A stretch of DNA of 64,000 bases from Trueperaceae bacterium (GTDB taxonomy: Bacteria; Deinococcota; Deinococci; Deinococcales; Trueperaceae), in the NCBI GenBank assembly GCA_965213705.1, contig OZ243913.1, forward strand, positions 2,304,001-2,368,000, in the 5' to 3' direction. Position numbers and translations under genes: made by a program. This document shows, piece after piece, positions 1-9,740 of the stretch (the first letter of the stretch is position 1; each line of letters opens with the position of its first letter). The notes beneath the pieces were generated by a model. It was not told the origin of the DNA. It did not search any database and worked only from the letters and a program-made list of their open reading frames with translations.

Positions 1-120
1 ATCTACTTGAACCGCTTGTCCGACCTGCTGTTCGTGATGGCGCGCGTCGTCAACATGCGCATGGGCGTGAGCGAGACGCGCTGGCTGGTAAAGGGGCGGG
101 CGCGGGCGAAGGTTCGCTGA
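1..120 (+). CDS. ATP:cob(I)alamin adenosyltransferase (PduO type), 3' end only
   Basis: Frame +1 reads IYLNRLSDLLFVMARVVN...; YLNRLSDxLFxxAR is the PduO C-terminal motif; TGA at 118-120; adjacent to btuF. Confidence 0.85.
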   Translation: MYLNRLSDLLFVMARVVNMRMGVSETRWLVKGRARAKVR

Positions 121-266
121 AAAAGCGCCTTTTGCTTGCTGCGAGAAAGGGGGCGGAGGAGCCGGAATTTAAAGATTTTTCTACTATCTCCACCGCTCCT
201 CATTTCCTCCGCGCTTCGTCAAACCTTGCCACAAACCAAGTTGCCGACACCCCAAAAGGACATTCC

Positions 267-1031
267 ATGCGCGTCGTCAGCCTCGCTTGTTCGAACACCG
301 AAATCGTCTGCGCGCTCGGTTGCGCCGACCGCCTCGTCGGGGTGGATGACCATTCCGACCGGCCTGCCGAGGTCGTGGCCCATTTGCCGAGGGTTGGGCC
401 GGACCTGAACGTCGACGTGGTGGCGGTGGCGCGGCTGAAACCCGACCTCGTGCTGGCCTCACTGACCGTGCCGGGGCACGAGCGGGTGGTGGCAGGGCTC
501 GAGGCGGCAGGTTTGCCCTACCTCGCCCCGGAACCCCTCACGCTGAACGACGTTTACCAAAACATTCTCGAGATTGCCGGGGCACTCGGCGTGACCGACC
601 GGGCTGAGGCGCTAGTCGCCGAACTGAAAACGCAGTTGACGAGTCCGCCGTCCGCCACGCCGCGCCCCAAAATCCTCGTGCAGTGGTGGAACCGCCCGAC
701 CATCGCGCCGGGTCGCCTGAGCTGGGTCGACGACCTGATAAGGGCGGCGGGTGGCGCGAACGTTTTGACGGAAAACGTGAAAAGCCGACCCCTCAGCGAC
801 GAGGAAGTGCGTGCGCTCGAGCCCGACGCCCTGGTTGTCTCTTGGTGCGGCGTCGACCCCACCAAGTACCGGCCCGACGTGCTCTACCGCAACCCGGCGT
901 GGCAAGACTTGCGAGCGGTGCGCGCTGGACACATCTACTGCATCCCCGAAGCCTACCTCGGGCGGCCCGGCCCCGGTTTGGTGGAGGGGTTTGCGGCGTT
1001 GCGCGCGGTCGTCGGTAGGGTCAACGCCTGA
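267..1031 (+). CDS. btuF: cobalamin-binding protein (BtuF-like helical-backbone SBP)
   Basis: MRVVSLACSNTEIVCALG...LVGVD, LKPDLVLAS, RPGPGLVEG motifs; AAGGA before ATG 267. Confidence 0.8.
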   Translation: MRVVSLACSNTEIVCALGCADRLVGVDDHSDRPAEVVAHLPRVGPDLNVDVVAVARLKPDLVLASLTVPGHERVVAGLEAAGLPYLAPEPLTLNDVYQNILEIAGALGVTDRAEALVAELKTQLTSPPSATPRPKILVQWWNRPTIAPGRLSWVDDLIRAAGGANVLTENVKSRPLSDEEVRALEPDALVVSWCGVDPTKYRPDVLYRNPAWQDLRAVRAGHIYCIPEAYLGRPGPGLVEGFAALRAVVGRVNA

Positions 1032-1053
1032 AGACTCGTTCGCGCGAGGCTGG

Positions 1054-1560
1054 TCAAGAACCCCTCTCACCGGTGCGGCGTTCCAGGGTGGCGAAGCTGT
1101 ACCCGAGGCCGGCTTTCTCGGAAAAATGGTCTTCCCGCTCGAGTTCGAGCCACTCGTCCGGGTCGAACTCGGGGAAAAAGGTGTCACCGTCAAACTTTTT
1201 GTGAACACGGGTCAGGTACATGCGGTCGACTTTGGGCAGCGCGAGTTGGTACAGTTCCGCCCCGCCGATAAGAAAAGTTTCGGCGGGGCGGAACCGCTCC
1301 GCCATGCGAAGCGCCTCGTCCAGGCTGTGAACGACGGTCACGCCGTCAAGCTCCAAGCCCAGGTTGCGCGTCACGACGATGTTGCTGCGCCCCGGCAACG
1401 GCTTTCCGATGGACTCGTAAGTTTTGCGCCCCATCACGACGGGTTTGCCCATCGTTACCTTTTTGAAGTGTTGCAGGTCTTCGCTGATGTGCCAGGGCAG
1501 CGCGCCGTCCCGCCCGATGACGCCGCCCTCGGCAACTGCGGCGACGAGGGCGACTCTCAC
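1054..1560 (-). CDS. folA: dihydrofolate reductase
   Basis: VIGRDGALPWHISEDL, MGRKTYESI, PLPGRSNIV, IGGAELY, GDTFFP. Confidence 0.97.
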   Translation of the reverse strand: MRVALVAAVAEGGVIGRDGALPWHISEDLQHFKKVTMGKPVVMGRKTYESIGKPLPGRSNIVVTRNLGLELDGVTVVHSLDEALRMAERFRPAETFLIGGAELYQLALPKVDRMYLTRVHKKFDGDTFFPEFDPDEWLELEREDHFSEKAGLGYSFATLERRTGERGS

Positions 1561-1561
1561 G

Positions 1562-2356
1562 TCATACCGCGACGGGCGCTGGAATCGCGGCGTGGTGCCG
1601 GTAGTTCACAAGCTCTACGCTCTCGAAGGTAAAATCGTCCAAGTTCCGAATAGTGTGGTCGAGGCGCAAGGTCGGCGGCGGCAGGGGAGACCGCGTCAGT
1701 TGCTCCCTCACCTGGTCCAGGTGGTTTAAGTAAAGGTGCGCGTCGCCGAAGGTGTGGACGAATTCGCCCGGTGCCAGCCCTGCGACCTGCGCGACCATCC
1801 TCGTCAGCAGCGCGTAAGAAGCGATGTTGAAGGGCACGCCCAGAAACAAGTCGGCGCTGCGCTGGTAGAGTTGGCAGGACAGTTTACCGTCGGCAACATA
1901 GAACTGAAACAGCGTGTGGCAGGGTGCCAAGGCCATTTTGTCCAAGTCGGCGACGTTCCAGGCGTTGACGAGCAGCCGCCGAGAGTCAGGGTTCGTCTTG
2001 AGCTGCGCCACGACCGCCCCGAGTTGGTCGATGGAGGAGCCGTCCGGCGCGGGCCAACTGCGCCACTGCGCGCCGTACACCGGCCCCAAGTCACCCGAGG
2101 CGTCCGCCCATTCGTTCCAGATGCGCACGCCGTTGTCTTTTAAGAACTTGATGTTCGTGTCACCGCGCAAAAACCAGAGCAGCTCGTAAACGACCGAGCG
2201 AAAGTGAACCTTTTTGGTCGTAACCAGCGGAAACCCTTGCTCCAGGTCGAAGCGCAGTTGCCGGCCGAACACGCTCAACGTCCCGGTGCCGGTGCGGTCG
2301 TCCTTGTAATGGCCGTTAGCAAGCACGTCTTTCATCAAGTCCAGGTACTGTTTCAT
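1562..2356 (-). CDS. thyA: thymidylate synthase ThyA
   Basis: [14 protein letters not shown] catalytic Cys, [15 protein letters not shown]. Confidence 0.98.
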   Translation of the reverse strand: MKQYLDLMKDVLANGHYKDDRTGTGTLSVFGRQLRFDLEQGFPLVTTKKVHFRSVVYELLWFLRGDTNIKFLKDNGVRIWNEWADASGDLGPVYGAQWRSWPAPDGSSIDQLGAVVAQLKTNPDSRRLLVNAWNVADLDKMALAPCHTLFQFYVADGKLSCQLYQRSADLFLGVPFNIASYALLTRMVAQVAGLAPGEFVHTFGDAHLYLNHLDQVREQLTRSPLPPPTLRLDHTIRNLDDFTFESVELVNYRHHAAIPAPVAV

Positions 2357-2456
2357 GCGCCTCCTACTAGATGTAGCGTCAAGCTTACCAGGAAATGACG
2401 GGGAAGACTCGAGCTATGCACCTGTCGTTCTTAGGATGAGGCGTTTCTTGAAATCG

Positions 2457-2882
2457 CTATTTTTGTCGGTTGCTGTCAACCAAACGCCGCACCAGATCTG
2501 TAATCTCGTAGTCGGGTCCAGCAGGCTCAACGCGCTTCAGCATCTCCTCAGGCGAAACCAACGCCATGCCGGCCCCTTCGTTCACCGTCAAGCCGTCGAG
2601 ATTGCCATCAAAACGCCAGACGAAAACGTGAAGCTGAAAGTACAAGTCATCAAGCTGTCCCGTGATTGTTTTTTGGAACTCGAGTTCGTCCGGTGCTAGC
2701 TCGAGACCGAGTTCTTCATGAGCTTCACGCATGACGGCTTGTAGAGGCGTTTCGCCCGCTTCGATACCGCCACCGAAAAAGCCCCACGGCGGCGGGCGGT
2801 GGCCGCGTCTATCCTGAACCAGCATTAAACCCTCGGTTTGGTCGAGGGGTACGAGGATGGCGTTGTTGATGCTGCGACTCAT
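2457..2882 (-). CDS. NUDIX hydrolase
   Basis: Nudix box GGGIEAGETPLQAVMREAHEELGL; start at ATG 2882, 6 nt after a TATAAC -10. Confidence 0.85.
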   Translation of the reverse strand: MSRSINNAILVPLDQTEGLMLVQDRRGHRPPPWGFFGGGIEAGETPLQAVMREAHEELGLELAPDELEFQKTITGQLDDLYFQLHVFVWRFDGNLDGLTVNEGAGMALVSPEEMLKRVEPAGPDYEITDLVRRLVDSNRQK

Positions 2883-2968
2883 GACCAAGTTATAGCAAAA
2901 CGAAAAGGCGGCGGCTCTGCCCTCAGCTGACGGCTTCCCGCCAGGGCTCGAGCACCCCAATTGCAAGA

Positions 2969-4114
2969 CTAAGCTTCGTGCCAGGGTTCAAAAATCTCTC
3001 GTGCGACGCTGCGCCCTTTGGGCGTTAGGAGCAACGCCTCGCCCTGGCGGTTCACCAGCCCGTCGTCGATGCTGCGCATGAGGACGCGGCGCACCTTGGT
3101 GTCGTCCCAGCGCAAATGCTCATGCAACGCACTTTCCACGTTCTCCTCGGCCCGCCTAGGGCCTTTTTCGTGGTGGTAGAGGTGGACGGCCAGGGCGCGG
3201 CTTGCGTTGGCGTCGCGCTGCTGCGCGCGCCGAACCTCCTGAGCGATAAGCCCGTAGCGCGGCCCGAACAAAAAGGCCAGCAGCAAAAAGACGCCCGTCA
3301 TGACCGCCATCATCCCGCCGATGGACACGTTCCAGTAAACGGCCAGGTAGTAGCCGGAAACGCTCGAGGCGATAGACACCAGCGAGCCGTAAAGAATCAT
3401 CTTCCAGAGCCTGTCGGTAAGCAGGTAAGCGGTCGAGGCGGGCACGATGGCGAAGGCGATAAAGAGCACCGCGCCTACAGCATCGAAAGCGGCCACGGCG
3501 GTCGCGCTGGTGAGCCCGAGCAGGGCGTAAAAAAGTGCCACCGGCGCGAAACCGAGCGCCTTGGCGAGCCCCGTGTCGAAGGTTGAGAGTTTCAACTCTT
3601 TATAGAAAAGAATCACAAACAAAAAGTTGACCAGGGTTATCCCGCCGAGCGACAGCAGCGACTGCGGAACATTGTAGGAACCGACCTGCACCGTGTCGAG
3701 CCAGACGAAGCCGATTTCACCTAATAAGACGGTGTGCTGGTCGATATGTACGTTGTGGGCGTAGGTGTTTAAGAGCAGCACCCCGATGGAAAACAGTACC
3801 GGAAAGACCAACCCGATGGCCGCGTCGTTCTTGACCTTGCGGGTATTGACCAGCATTTCGGTCAGGAACACGGTGAGGACGCCGGTCAGCGCCGCGCCCA
3901 CAAGCTGGACGGGACCGCTTTCCTGTTTGGTCAAAATCCACACGACGACGATGCCGAAAACAATCGAGTGGCTGATGGCGTCTGAAAGCATACTGTTTTT
4001 GCGCAGGACCAGAAACGCCCCGAGCAGGCTCGAGCCTATCCCCACCAGTGCGCCCGTCAGCATAATCATTAGGGGAATGTTGTTGAAAACACCGGTAAAA
4101 AAGTCGGTAAGCAT
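2969..4114 (-). CDS. mntD: Mn/Fe/Zn ABC transporter permease with C-terminal winged-helix extension
   Basis: LSDAISH motif, YKELKLSTFD, multiple TM helices. Confidence 0.85.
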   Translation of the reverse strand: MLTDFFTGVFNNIPLMIMLTGALVGIGSSLLGAFLVLRKNSMLSDAISHSIVFGIVVVWILTKQESGPVQLVGAALTGVLTVFLTEMLVNTRKVKNDAAIGLVFPVLFSIGVLLLNTYAHNVHIDQHTVLLGEIGFVWLDTVQVGSYNVPQSLLSLGGITLVNFLFVILFYKELKLSTFDTGLAKALGFAPVALFYALLGLTSATAVAAFDAVGAVLFIAFAIVPASTAYLLTDRLWKMILYGSLVSIASSVSGYYLAVYWNVSIGGMMAVMTGVFLLLAFLFGPRYGLIAQEVRRAQQRDANASRALAVHLYHHEKGPRRAEENVESALHEHLRWDDTKVRRVLMRSIDDGLVNRQGEALLLTPKGRSVAREIFEPWHEA

Positions 4115-5253
4115 CAGCCCTCCTGCGGGTTCAAGTCTCTTAGAATGCGCTCGGCTTCCGCGCGTCCCCCGGCGGTAAGCTCCCAGTGCGGACCCTCTTC
4201 GGGCATGTGCGCCGCACTTTTGACAAAGCCGCGCTGCTCGAGCCGCGCCAAGGTCGCTTCGGTGCCGACGCCGTAGTAGGCGTTGACCATCCCCTGCTCG
4301 GTTTTGTAACCGGGGTCGCCGTGACGCTGCGAAAGCCCGTAGAGCGTGGTCAAGACGCGCTGCGTTCTGAGCCGCCGCCGGTTGCGCCAGCGCTGCGCCG
4401 CCTCCCAGAGCAAACCGCGCTCCGGCGCGACGAGCAGCGACAAAAAAACCAGCGCGGAGATGCTGAGCACAATCAAGGGGCCGGTGGCGAGTCCGCGCCT
4501 GGCGGCGCTCAGCACCCCGCCGAACACGCCGCCCGCTGCGCCGATGAGGGCGGCGAGCACGACCATCTGCTCGAGCTTTTTACTCCACTGCCGCGCCGCC
4601 ACAGCGGGCGCAATCACCATCGCCGCCATCAAGACCACCCCGACCATCTGCAAACCGATTACGACGGCTAAGGCAATCATGACGGTCAGGACGACCTCGA
4701 GGACGACGACCGGTAAGCCCAGCGAACCCGCAAAACCGGGGTCGAAAGCGACCAGCTTGAACTCTTTCCAGAACGCCGCCACCAGCGAAAGCGCAAAGAG
4801 CGTCACCCCACCCATAACGTAGAGGTCGCTGCGCAAAATGGCGGCGGCCTGTCCGAAGAGAAAGCTGTCCAGCCCGCCCTGAGAGGCGTTGCCGGTGCCC
4901 TGAATGTAGGTGAGTAGGACGATTCCCAGCGCAAAAAAGACGCTGAGCGCGGACCCCAGTCCCGCGTCCGTTTTGAGGCGACTGCGGCGCGTGAGCAGCA
5001 GCATCAAAAGCGCCGCCAGCGTGCCCGTAATCAGCGCCCCCAACAAAATACTGCCGAGCTGACGCGACCCCGCCACGATAAAGCCCAAGCACACCCCCGG
5101 CAACGCCGCGTGGGACATGGTATCCCCTAACAGGCTTTGCTGCCGCAGCACTGCGAAGCTGCCCAGGACACCGCTGCTGACGCCCAACAGCGCCGCGCCG
5201 AGCGCCACGTTCTGAACCGTGTAATCCTGAAACAGGACAAGAAGTGCGTTCAT
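4114..5253 (-). CDS. mntC: Mn/Fe/Zn ABC transporter permease with C-terminal winged-helix extension
   Basis: LLGDTMSHAALPG, KEFKLVAFDP, PAVAARQW. Confidence 0.85.
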   Translation of the reverse strand: MNALLVLFQDYTVQNVALGAALLGVSSGVLGSFAVLRQQSLLGDTMSHAALPGVCLGFIVAGSRQLGSILLGALITGTLAALLMLLLTRRSRLKTDAGLGSALSVFFALGIVLLTYIQGTGNASQGGLDSFLFGQAAAILRSDLYVMGGVTLFALSLVAAFWKEFKLVAFDPGFAGSLGLPVVVLEVVLTVMIALAVVIGLQMVGVVLMAAMVIAPAVAARQWSKKLEQMVVLAALIGAAGGVFGGVLSAARRGLATGPLIVLSISALVFLSLLVAPERGLLWEAAQRWRNRRRLRTQRVLTTLYGLSQRHGDPGYKTEQGMVNAYYGVGTEATLARLEQRGFVKSAAHMPEEGPHWELTAGGRAEAERILRDLNPQEG

Positions 5254-6101
5254 CAGTTCGCCTTGGGGCTGTCAGGCACAGAACTTCCGGACGCCGTGGC
5301 CTGTAACGGCTCTTGTGAGGGTTCTTGCGCTGATTCTTTTATGGGAAAATGATTGTCGCCCAGCAGCGCAATCTGACCGCCGTAAGCTGCCCGCAAGTTC
5401 TCGGCGGTGTAGACCTCACGAACCGGTCCTTGCGCTACCGCTCGAACGTTCAAAATCAACATCCAGTCGAAGTAGCTCGTGACCGTTTGCAAGTCGTGAT
5501 GCACCACGATGACGGTTTTGCCCCGGTCGCGCAACTCGCGCAGCAAGTTGACGATGGCGCGCTCTGTAGTAGCGTCCACGCCCGCCATCGGCTCGTCCAG
5601 AAAGTACACGTCGGCGTCTTGGACCAAGGCCCGCGCTAAAAACACGCGCTGCTGCTGTCCGCCCGAGAGTTGGCTGATCTGCCGGTCGGCGTAGTCCTGC
5701 ATCCCGACAAGTTCCAAGGCTCCCAAAGCCCGCTCGCGCTCCTGCCTGCCCGGCCTTCGGAACCAGCCCAAGCGACCGTAAAGCCCCATCGTCGTCACGT
5801 CTAGGGCGGTGGTTGGAAAGTCCCAATCGACCGAGGAGCGCTGCGGCACGTAACCGACCCTGCTGCGCTGCTCTCGGTAAGACCCTCCGTGAATGTAAAC
5901 GTGGCCTGCGGCGGGTTTGACAAGCCCTAGAATCGTCTTGATGAGGGTGCTTTTGCCCGCCCCGTTGGGGCCGACAATGGCGGCGAGCACGCCCGGTGGC
6001 ACGTCCAGGTCGATGTCCCACAGGACGGGCTTGCTGTGGTAACTCACCGTTAAGTCTTCGACATGAACCGCAAGATTGGGTTCGTGGGTGGTATCGCTCA
6101 T
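5253..6101 (-). CDS. mntB: metal ABC transporter ATP-binding protein
   Basis: GPNGAGKS, YVPQR, LSGGQQQR, LDEP. Confidence 0.9.
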   Translation of the reverse strand: MSDTTHEPNLAVHVEDLTVSYHSKPVLWDIDLDVPPGVLAAIVGPNGAGKSTLIKTILGLVKPAAGHVYIHGGSYREQRSRVGYVPQRSSVDWDFPTTALDVTTMGLYGRLGWFRRPGRQERERALGALELVGMQDYADRQISQLSGGQQQRVFLARALVQDADVYFLDEPMAGVDATTERAIVNLLRELRDRGKTVIVVHHDLQTVTSYFDWMLILNVRAVAQGPVREVYTAENLRAAYGGQIALLGDNHFPIKESAQEPSQEPLQATASGSSVPDSPKAN

Positions 6102-6219
6102 CAGTTCCTTTCGGAATTCTTTTCGGCGGAGTCAGGTACTTGCGTCTTTGGCAAGTTGTTAACCGTCAGCACTCGCGGTCAGGACGTCCTCGGCTGAAGG
6201 TTGATTAAGAGCTGTCGTC

Positions 6220-7194
6220 CTACTCGGCTTGCGCCATCTCAACGCCCCACTCTTCCGCCCAACCGCTCAGCGCTTCGGGCAGGGGTGGCACGGTGCCGCC
6301 GAGGGCTTGGGTGATGTTCATGGTGTTTTCAAACAGCATCCCGATGTAGGTGCCGCCCGCCGTGCCGTCTTGCCCCATCGCGTCGGAGTAAAGCTGTCCG
6401 CCGATTTCGACCTCTTGACCGCGCTGCCTCGCCGCCTGTCTGACCGACTCGGTGGTCCGCGGGTTGATGGTGGTTTCGACAAAGATAGCAGGAACTTGCC
6501 GCTCGACGACGGTGTCGACCGTGCCGCGAATATCGGCGATGGCGGCTTCGGCTTCGGTGCTGATGCCCTGGATGCCCTCAACGTCGATGCCGTAAGCCCG
6601 CCCGTAGTAGTTAAAGGCGTCGTGGGCGGTCACCAAGATGCGCTGCTGCTCGGGGATAGAAGCGATGCTCTCTTCGACCCAACCGTCCAGCGCCCTCAGT
6701 TGCGCGGTAAAGGTCTCCACATTGGCCTGCATCTGCTCGGCGCAGTCGGGGCGCAACCCGCTGAGCGTGTTCAGGACCGTCGGAGCGAGTTTCGCCCACA
6801 GGTTCACGTCCATCCACAGGTGCGGGTCGATGCCGTAAACGCTTTGCACGGTGATGAGGTCGCTCGTGTCGATAGACGAGGGCGAGGCGGCGACGGTGGG
6901 TTTTTGTTCGGCAAAGCGCTCTAAGACGTTGCCGAGCTGTCCCTCGAGCACATACCCCGAGTAGAAGATGACGTCGGCGTCTTGAAAAAGCCGCACGTCC
7001 TTAGCACTGGCCTGATACGTGTGCGGGTCGATACCTGCGCCCATGATTACAGTCGCCTCCACGCAGTCCCCGCCGACGTTTTCCACCACGTCGTTCAACA
7101 TACCGACGGTCGACACGACGTTGAGCGGTTCTTGAGCGTAAGTACCCCAGCTGAAACCGAACGCAACGACCAGCACAACGAAAAATTTTGTCAC
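6220..7194 (-). CDS. mntA: metal ABC transporter substrate-binding protein (TroA/MntA family)
   Basis: Signal peptide; DPHTY, DPHLW, TAHDAF, LYSD metal ligands. Confidence 0.9.
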   Translation of the reverse strand: MTKFFVVLVVAFGFSWGTYAQEPLNVVSTVGMLNDVVENVGGDCVEATVIMGAGIDPHTYQASAKDVRLFQDADVIFYSGYVLEGQLGNVLERFAEQKPTVAASPSSIDTSDLITVQSVYGIDPHLWMDVNLWAKLAPTVLNTLSGLRPDCAEQMQANVETFTAQLRALDGWVEESIASIPEQQRILVTAHDAFNYYGRAYGIDVEGIQGISTEAEAAIADIRGTVDTVVERQVPAIFVETTINPRTTESVRQAARQRGQEVEIGGQLYSDAMGQDGTAGGTYIGMLFENTMNITQALGGTVPPLPEALSGWAEEWGVEMAQAE

Positions 7195-7237
7195 TTTAGC
7201 TACCCCTTAAATTAAAAATACCAACGTAAAATACAGG

Positions 7238-7286
7238 TTTTTGCCACACCTAAAAAATTATAGTCTCCGTCACCGCAGACTGTCAA
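7238..7286 (-). promoter_or_regulatory. sigma-A promoter of the metal ABC operon with a DtxR/MntR-type operator
   Basis: Minus strand TTGACA (7286-7281)-N18-TATAAT (7262-7257), followed directly by TTTTTAGGTGTGGCAAAAA (7256-7238), similar to the TTAGG-N4-CCTAA box. Confidence 0.85.
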
Positions 7287-7465
7287 GCAAGTGAGAGGTT
7301 TTGTTGGTCACGTGGACGTACATGAAGAGGAAAGGTGAAACTCTGCCGGCACTACTAGAAGTGCTTTGAACGGCTGCGTTGCTCGAGAAAGCGGGGACGC
7401 GGCCTGTCAAGGACGGCGTGTCTTTTAGCGCCGCACCTCTAGCACAGCACCTCTATCGTCCCACC

Positions 7466-8170
7466 CTACCGCAACACCTCGGCGTGCAGGTGCTGCGCCA
7501 GGGTGTGGGCGATAGCTAGGGTGGCAGGGGTGTCGTCGGTTTGGGCTCTGGACGTGGCGGGGTCGCTCGAGCCCAGCGCGAGCGTGAGAGGGCCGTCGAA
7601 GGGGGCGCGTTGCAAAACCGTGACCGTCCGGCCCGGCACCAGACCGTGCTCGCCCAAGTAGCGCAGTACCTCGGGGTCTTGGTTGGTGGTGCGGGTCAGC
7701 GTGGCGCGCGTGCCGGTGGTGAGCGTCGCCAAGGGTTGACCTTTGCTTTCAGGTACAACGCCGTCGCGGCTCGGAATGGGGTCGCCGTGCGGGTCGAACG
7801 CCGGGTTGCCGAGGAGCCTGGCAATTCGCTCTTCGAAGTCCTCGCTGATAACGTGCTCCAACCTGTCGGCCTCGTCGTGAACCTCGTGCCAGGCGTAGCC
7901 GAGCGCCTGCGCGAGGTAGGTCTCGATAAGGCGGTGGTGGCGCAAGGTTTCCAGTGCCACCAACCGCCCCGCCGGGGTCAGGCTTACGCCCCGGTAACGC
8001 GTGTAGTCGACGAGTTTGAGGTCGCCCAGCTTTTTGAGCATCCCGGTCACGCTTCCGGCGCTCACCCCGAGCGCCCGCGCGACGTCTTGCGTTTTGACCT
8101 CGCTCTCGCCCAGTTCGTAAATGGCTTTCAAGTAGTCTTCCATGTTGCTGCTGAGGATGGGTGGCGTCAT
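7466..8170 (-). CDS. mntR: DtxR/MntR family metal-dependent repressor with FeoA domain
   Basis: EDYLKAIY, RHHRLIETYL, EADRLEH, DPHGDPIP. Confidence 0.93.
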   Translation of the reverse strand: MTPPILSSNMEDYLKAIYELGESEVKTQDVARALGVSAGSVTGMLKKLGDLKLVDYTRYRGVSLTPAGRLVALETLRHHRLIETYLAQALGYAWHEVHDEADRLEHVISEDFEERIARLLGNPAFDPHGDPIPSRDGVVPESKGQPLATLTTGTRATLTRTTNQDPEVLRYLGEHGLVPGRTVTVLQRAPFDGPLTLALGSSDPATSRAQTDDTPATLAIAHTLAQHLHAEVLR

Positions 8171-8176
8171 GAGGCG

Positions 8177-8205
8177 ATTGTAACACAAAAGTTAGGCTGG
8201 CCTAA
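8177..8205 (-). promoter_or_regulatory. leaderless promoter and autoregulatory DtxR/MntR box of mntR
   Basis: TGTTACAAT 6 nt before ATG; palindrome TTAGGCTGGCCTAA at 8192-8205. Confidence 0.8.
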
Positions 8206-8277
8206 ACATCGGCGAGTTGAATTTGTGTTCCCTAACGGGTTCCGAACCGCAGCGGTTTTCAGGGCGCGCAGCGGTGT

Positions 8278-9390
8278 TCAGGCGTGCCCGGAAGCGCTGG
8301 CGGCTCCGTCACCGGGCGCGGCTCGAGCGTCGACCAGGGCCTGGACCGAGCCGTGTCCGTCCCGCGTCAAGCGTTCCAGCAAGCCGCGGTTCAACCTTCT
8401 CAACAACCCCGGCCCTTCGTAGACAAAGCTCGTGTAAAGTTGCACCAGGCAAGCTCCGGCCTGCAAACGTTCGTAGACGTCGTCCGCCGTGGCGACCCCG
8501 CCGACCGAGACCACGGGAAGGTCGGTTCGAGCCCTGACGTAGCGCAAAATCTCCAGTGACCGCGCCCGCAACGGCCGGCCGGACAGACCCCCGGTCTCGT
8601 CGAGCGTCGTTGTCAGGCTTTCGCGCGAAACCGTCGTGTTGGTGGCGATAATGCCGCTCAAGGCGTAGCGCTGCGCTAGTCTCAACACGTCGTCCAGTTG
8701 CCCCTCGCTCAGGTCCGGGGCGATTTTGAGCAGCAGGGGCTTGGGCGCGGCCTGCGCCTCTATAAACCCCGTCAAGGTCTCGAGCAGCGCCTTCAACCTG
8801 TCCCGGTCTTGTAAGTCTCTCAGCCCCGGCGTGTTCGGCGAACTCACGTTGACCACAAAATAGTCGCCGTAGCGCCAGAGCAGCGCCAGCGACCGCAGGT
8901 AGTCTTGCGGCGCGTCGTCCAGCGGCGTCACCTTCGACTTGCCGAGGTTGATGCCGAGCGGCGCGGCCGGCTTGCCGTGGGTTTCAAAGAGGTGCTCGAG
9001 CCGCGCCGCCACCTGTTCGGCCCCGGCGTTGTTAAAGCCCATCCGGTTGATAATCGCCCGGTCGTGCGGCAAGCGGAACAAGCGCGGTTTGGCGTTGCCC
9101 GGTTGCGCCAGCGCGGTCACGCTGCCGACCTCGACCGAGCCGAAGCCCAGCGCCAGCCAGGCGGGCACGGCTGAAGCATTTTTGTCAAACCCCGCCGCCA
9201 AACCGACCGGGTTGGGGAAGGTCAAGCCAAAGCGGCGCACGCTCAAGCGTTCGTCGTCGACCCCGCAGGCCTCCCGAACGGCGCGCAGCGCGCTCCTGTA
9301 ACGGCTGGTGAACTCGAGCCCGCGCATCGCGAGGTCGTGAACCGTCTCGGGGTCGGCGCGGAACAGCAGGGGCTTGAGAAGCGCGTACAC
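8278..9390 (-). CDS. pyrD: quinone-dependent dihydroorotate dehydrogenase
   Basis: GLAAGFDKN, INRMGFNN, NVSSPNTPGLR, KIAPDL, GGLSG. Confidence 0.97.
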   Translation of the reverse strand: MYALLKPLLFRADPETVHDLAMRGLEFTSRYRSALRAVREACGVDDERLSVRRFGLTFPNPVGLAAGFDKNASAVPAWLALGFGSVEVGSVTALAQPGNAKPRLFRLPHDRAIINRMGFNNAGAEQVAARLEHLFETHGKPAAPLGINLGKSKVTPLDDAPQDYLRSLALLWRYGDYFVVNVSSPNTPGLRDLQDRDRLKALLETLTGFIEAQAAPKPLLLKIAPDLSEGQLDDVLRLAQRYALSGIIATNTTVSRESLTTTLDETGGLSGRPLRARSLEILRYVRARTDLPVVSVGGVATADDVYERLQAGACLVQLYTSFVYEGPGLLRRLNRGLLERLTRDGHGSVQALVDARAAPGDGAASASGHA

Positions 9391-9458
9391 GCCCTGCAGT
9401 GTACCGAACCCGCGCCGGCCGCAAGCAAGGTGGAGGCCATCCTCCCGAGGCTTATTAT

Positions 9459-9628
9459 TCGCGGCCCGTGAGCGCTCTCAACGCGGAACGTTTACGAGAC
9501 CCGGTGGGTTGAAGGCTTCTCTTGCGCTGCCCCCGCACATCCCACGGTGGGTCCGGTTCACAAGACCAAGCTTCTCCTGACGGGGCGTTAGGGCGTACGA
9601 CCCGTTGACGGTGAACCGCCAAACTTTT
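9459..9628 (-). ncRNA. candidate 6S-like RNA (rod with central bubble)
   Basis: Minus-strand nested pairings GCGGUUC/GGGCCGC, UCAACG/CGUUGA, UACG/CGUA, CCC/GGG; unpaired bubble; then GCUU/AAGC, UCUUGUG/CGCAAGA and apical CCCAC/GUGGG; GATACT -10 at 9641-9636. Confidence 0.55.
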
Positions 9629-9740
9629 CTTGGTCAGTATCAACTGAGCACTGAAGAGGCCGGTTGGCACCGCTATCCCGTTGGGTTTTTACGAACGGTC
9701 TTATGCAAAAAAGGTCGGTTAAAATGATGCCAGGTAACAG

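Noticed and set aside
121..266. Cobalamin riboswitch upstream of btuF
   Set aside because: Some GGAGGAG/CTCCTC complementarity, but no B12-box or GCCACTG/GGGAAG core visible.
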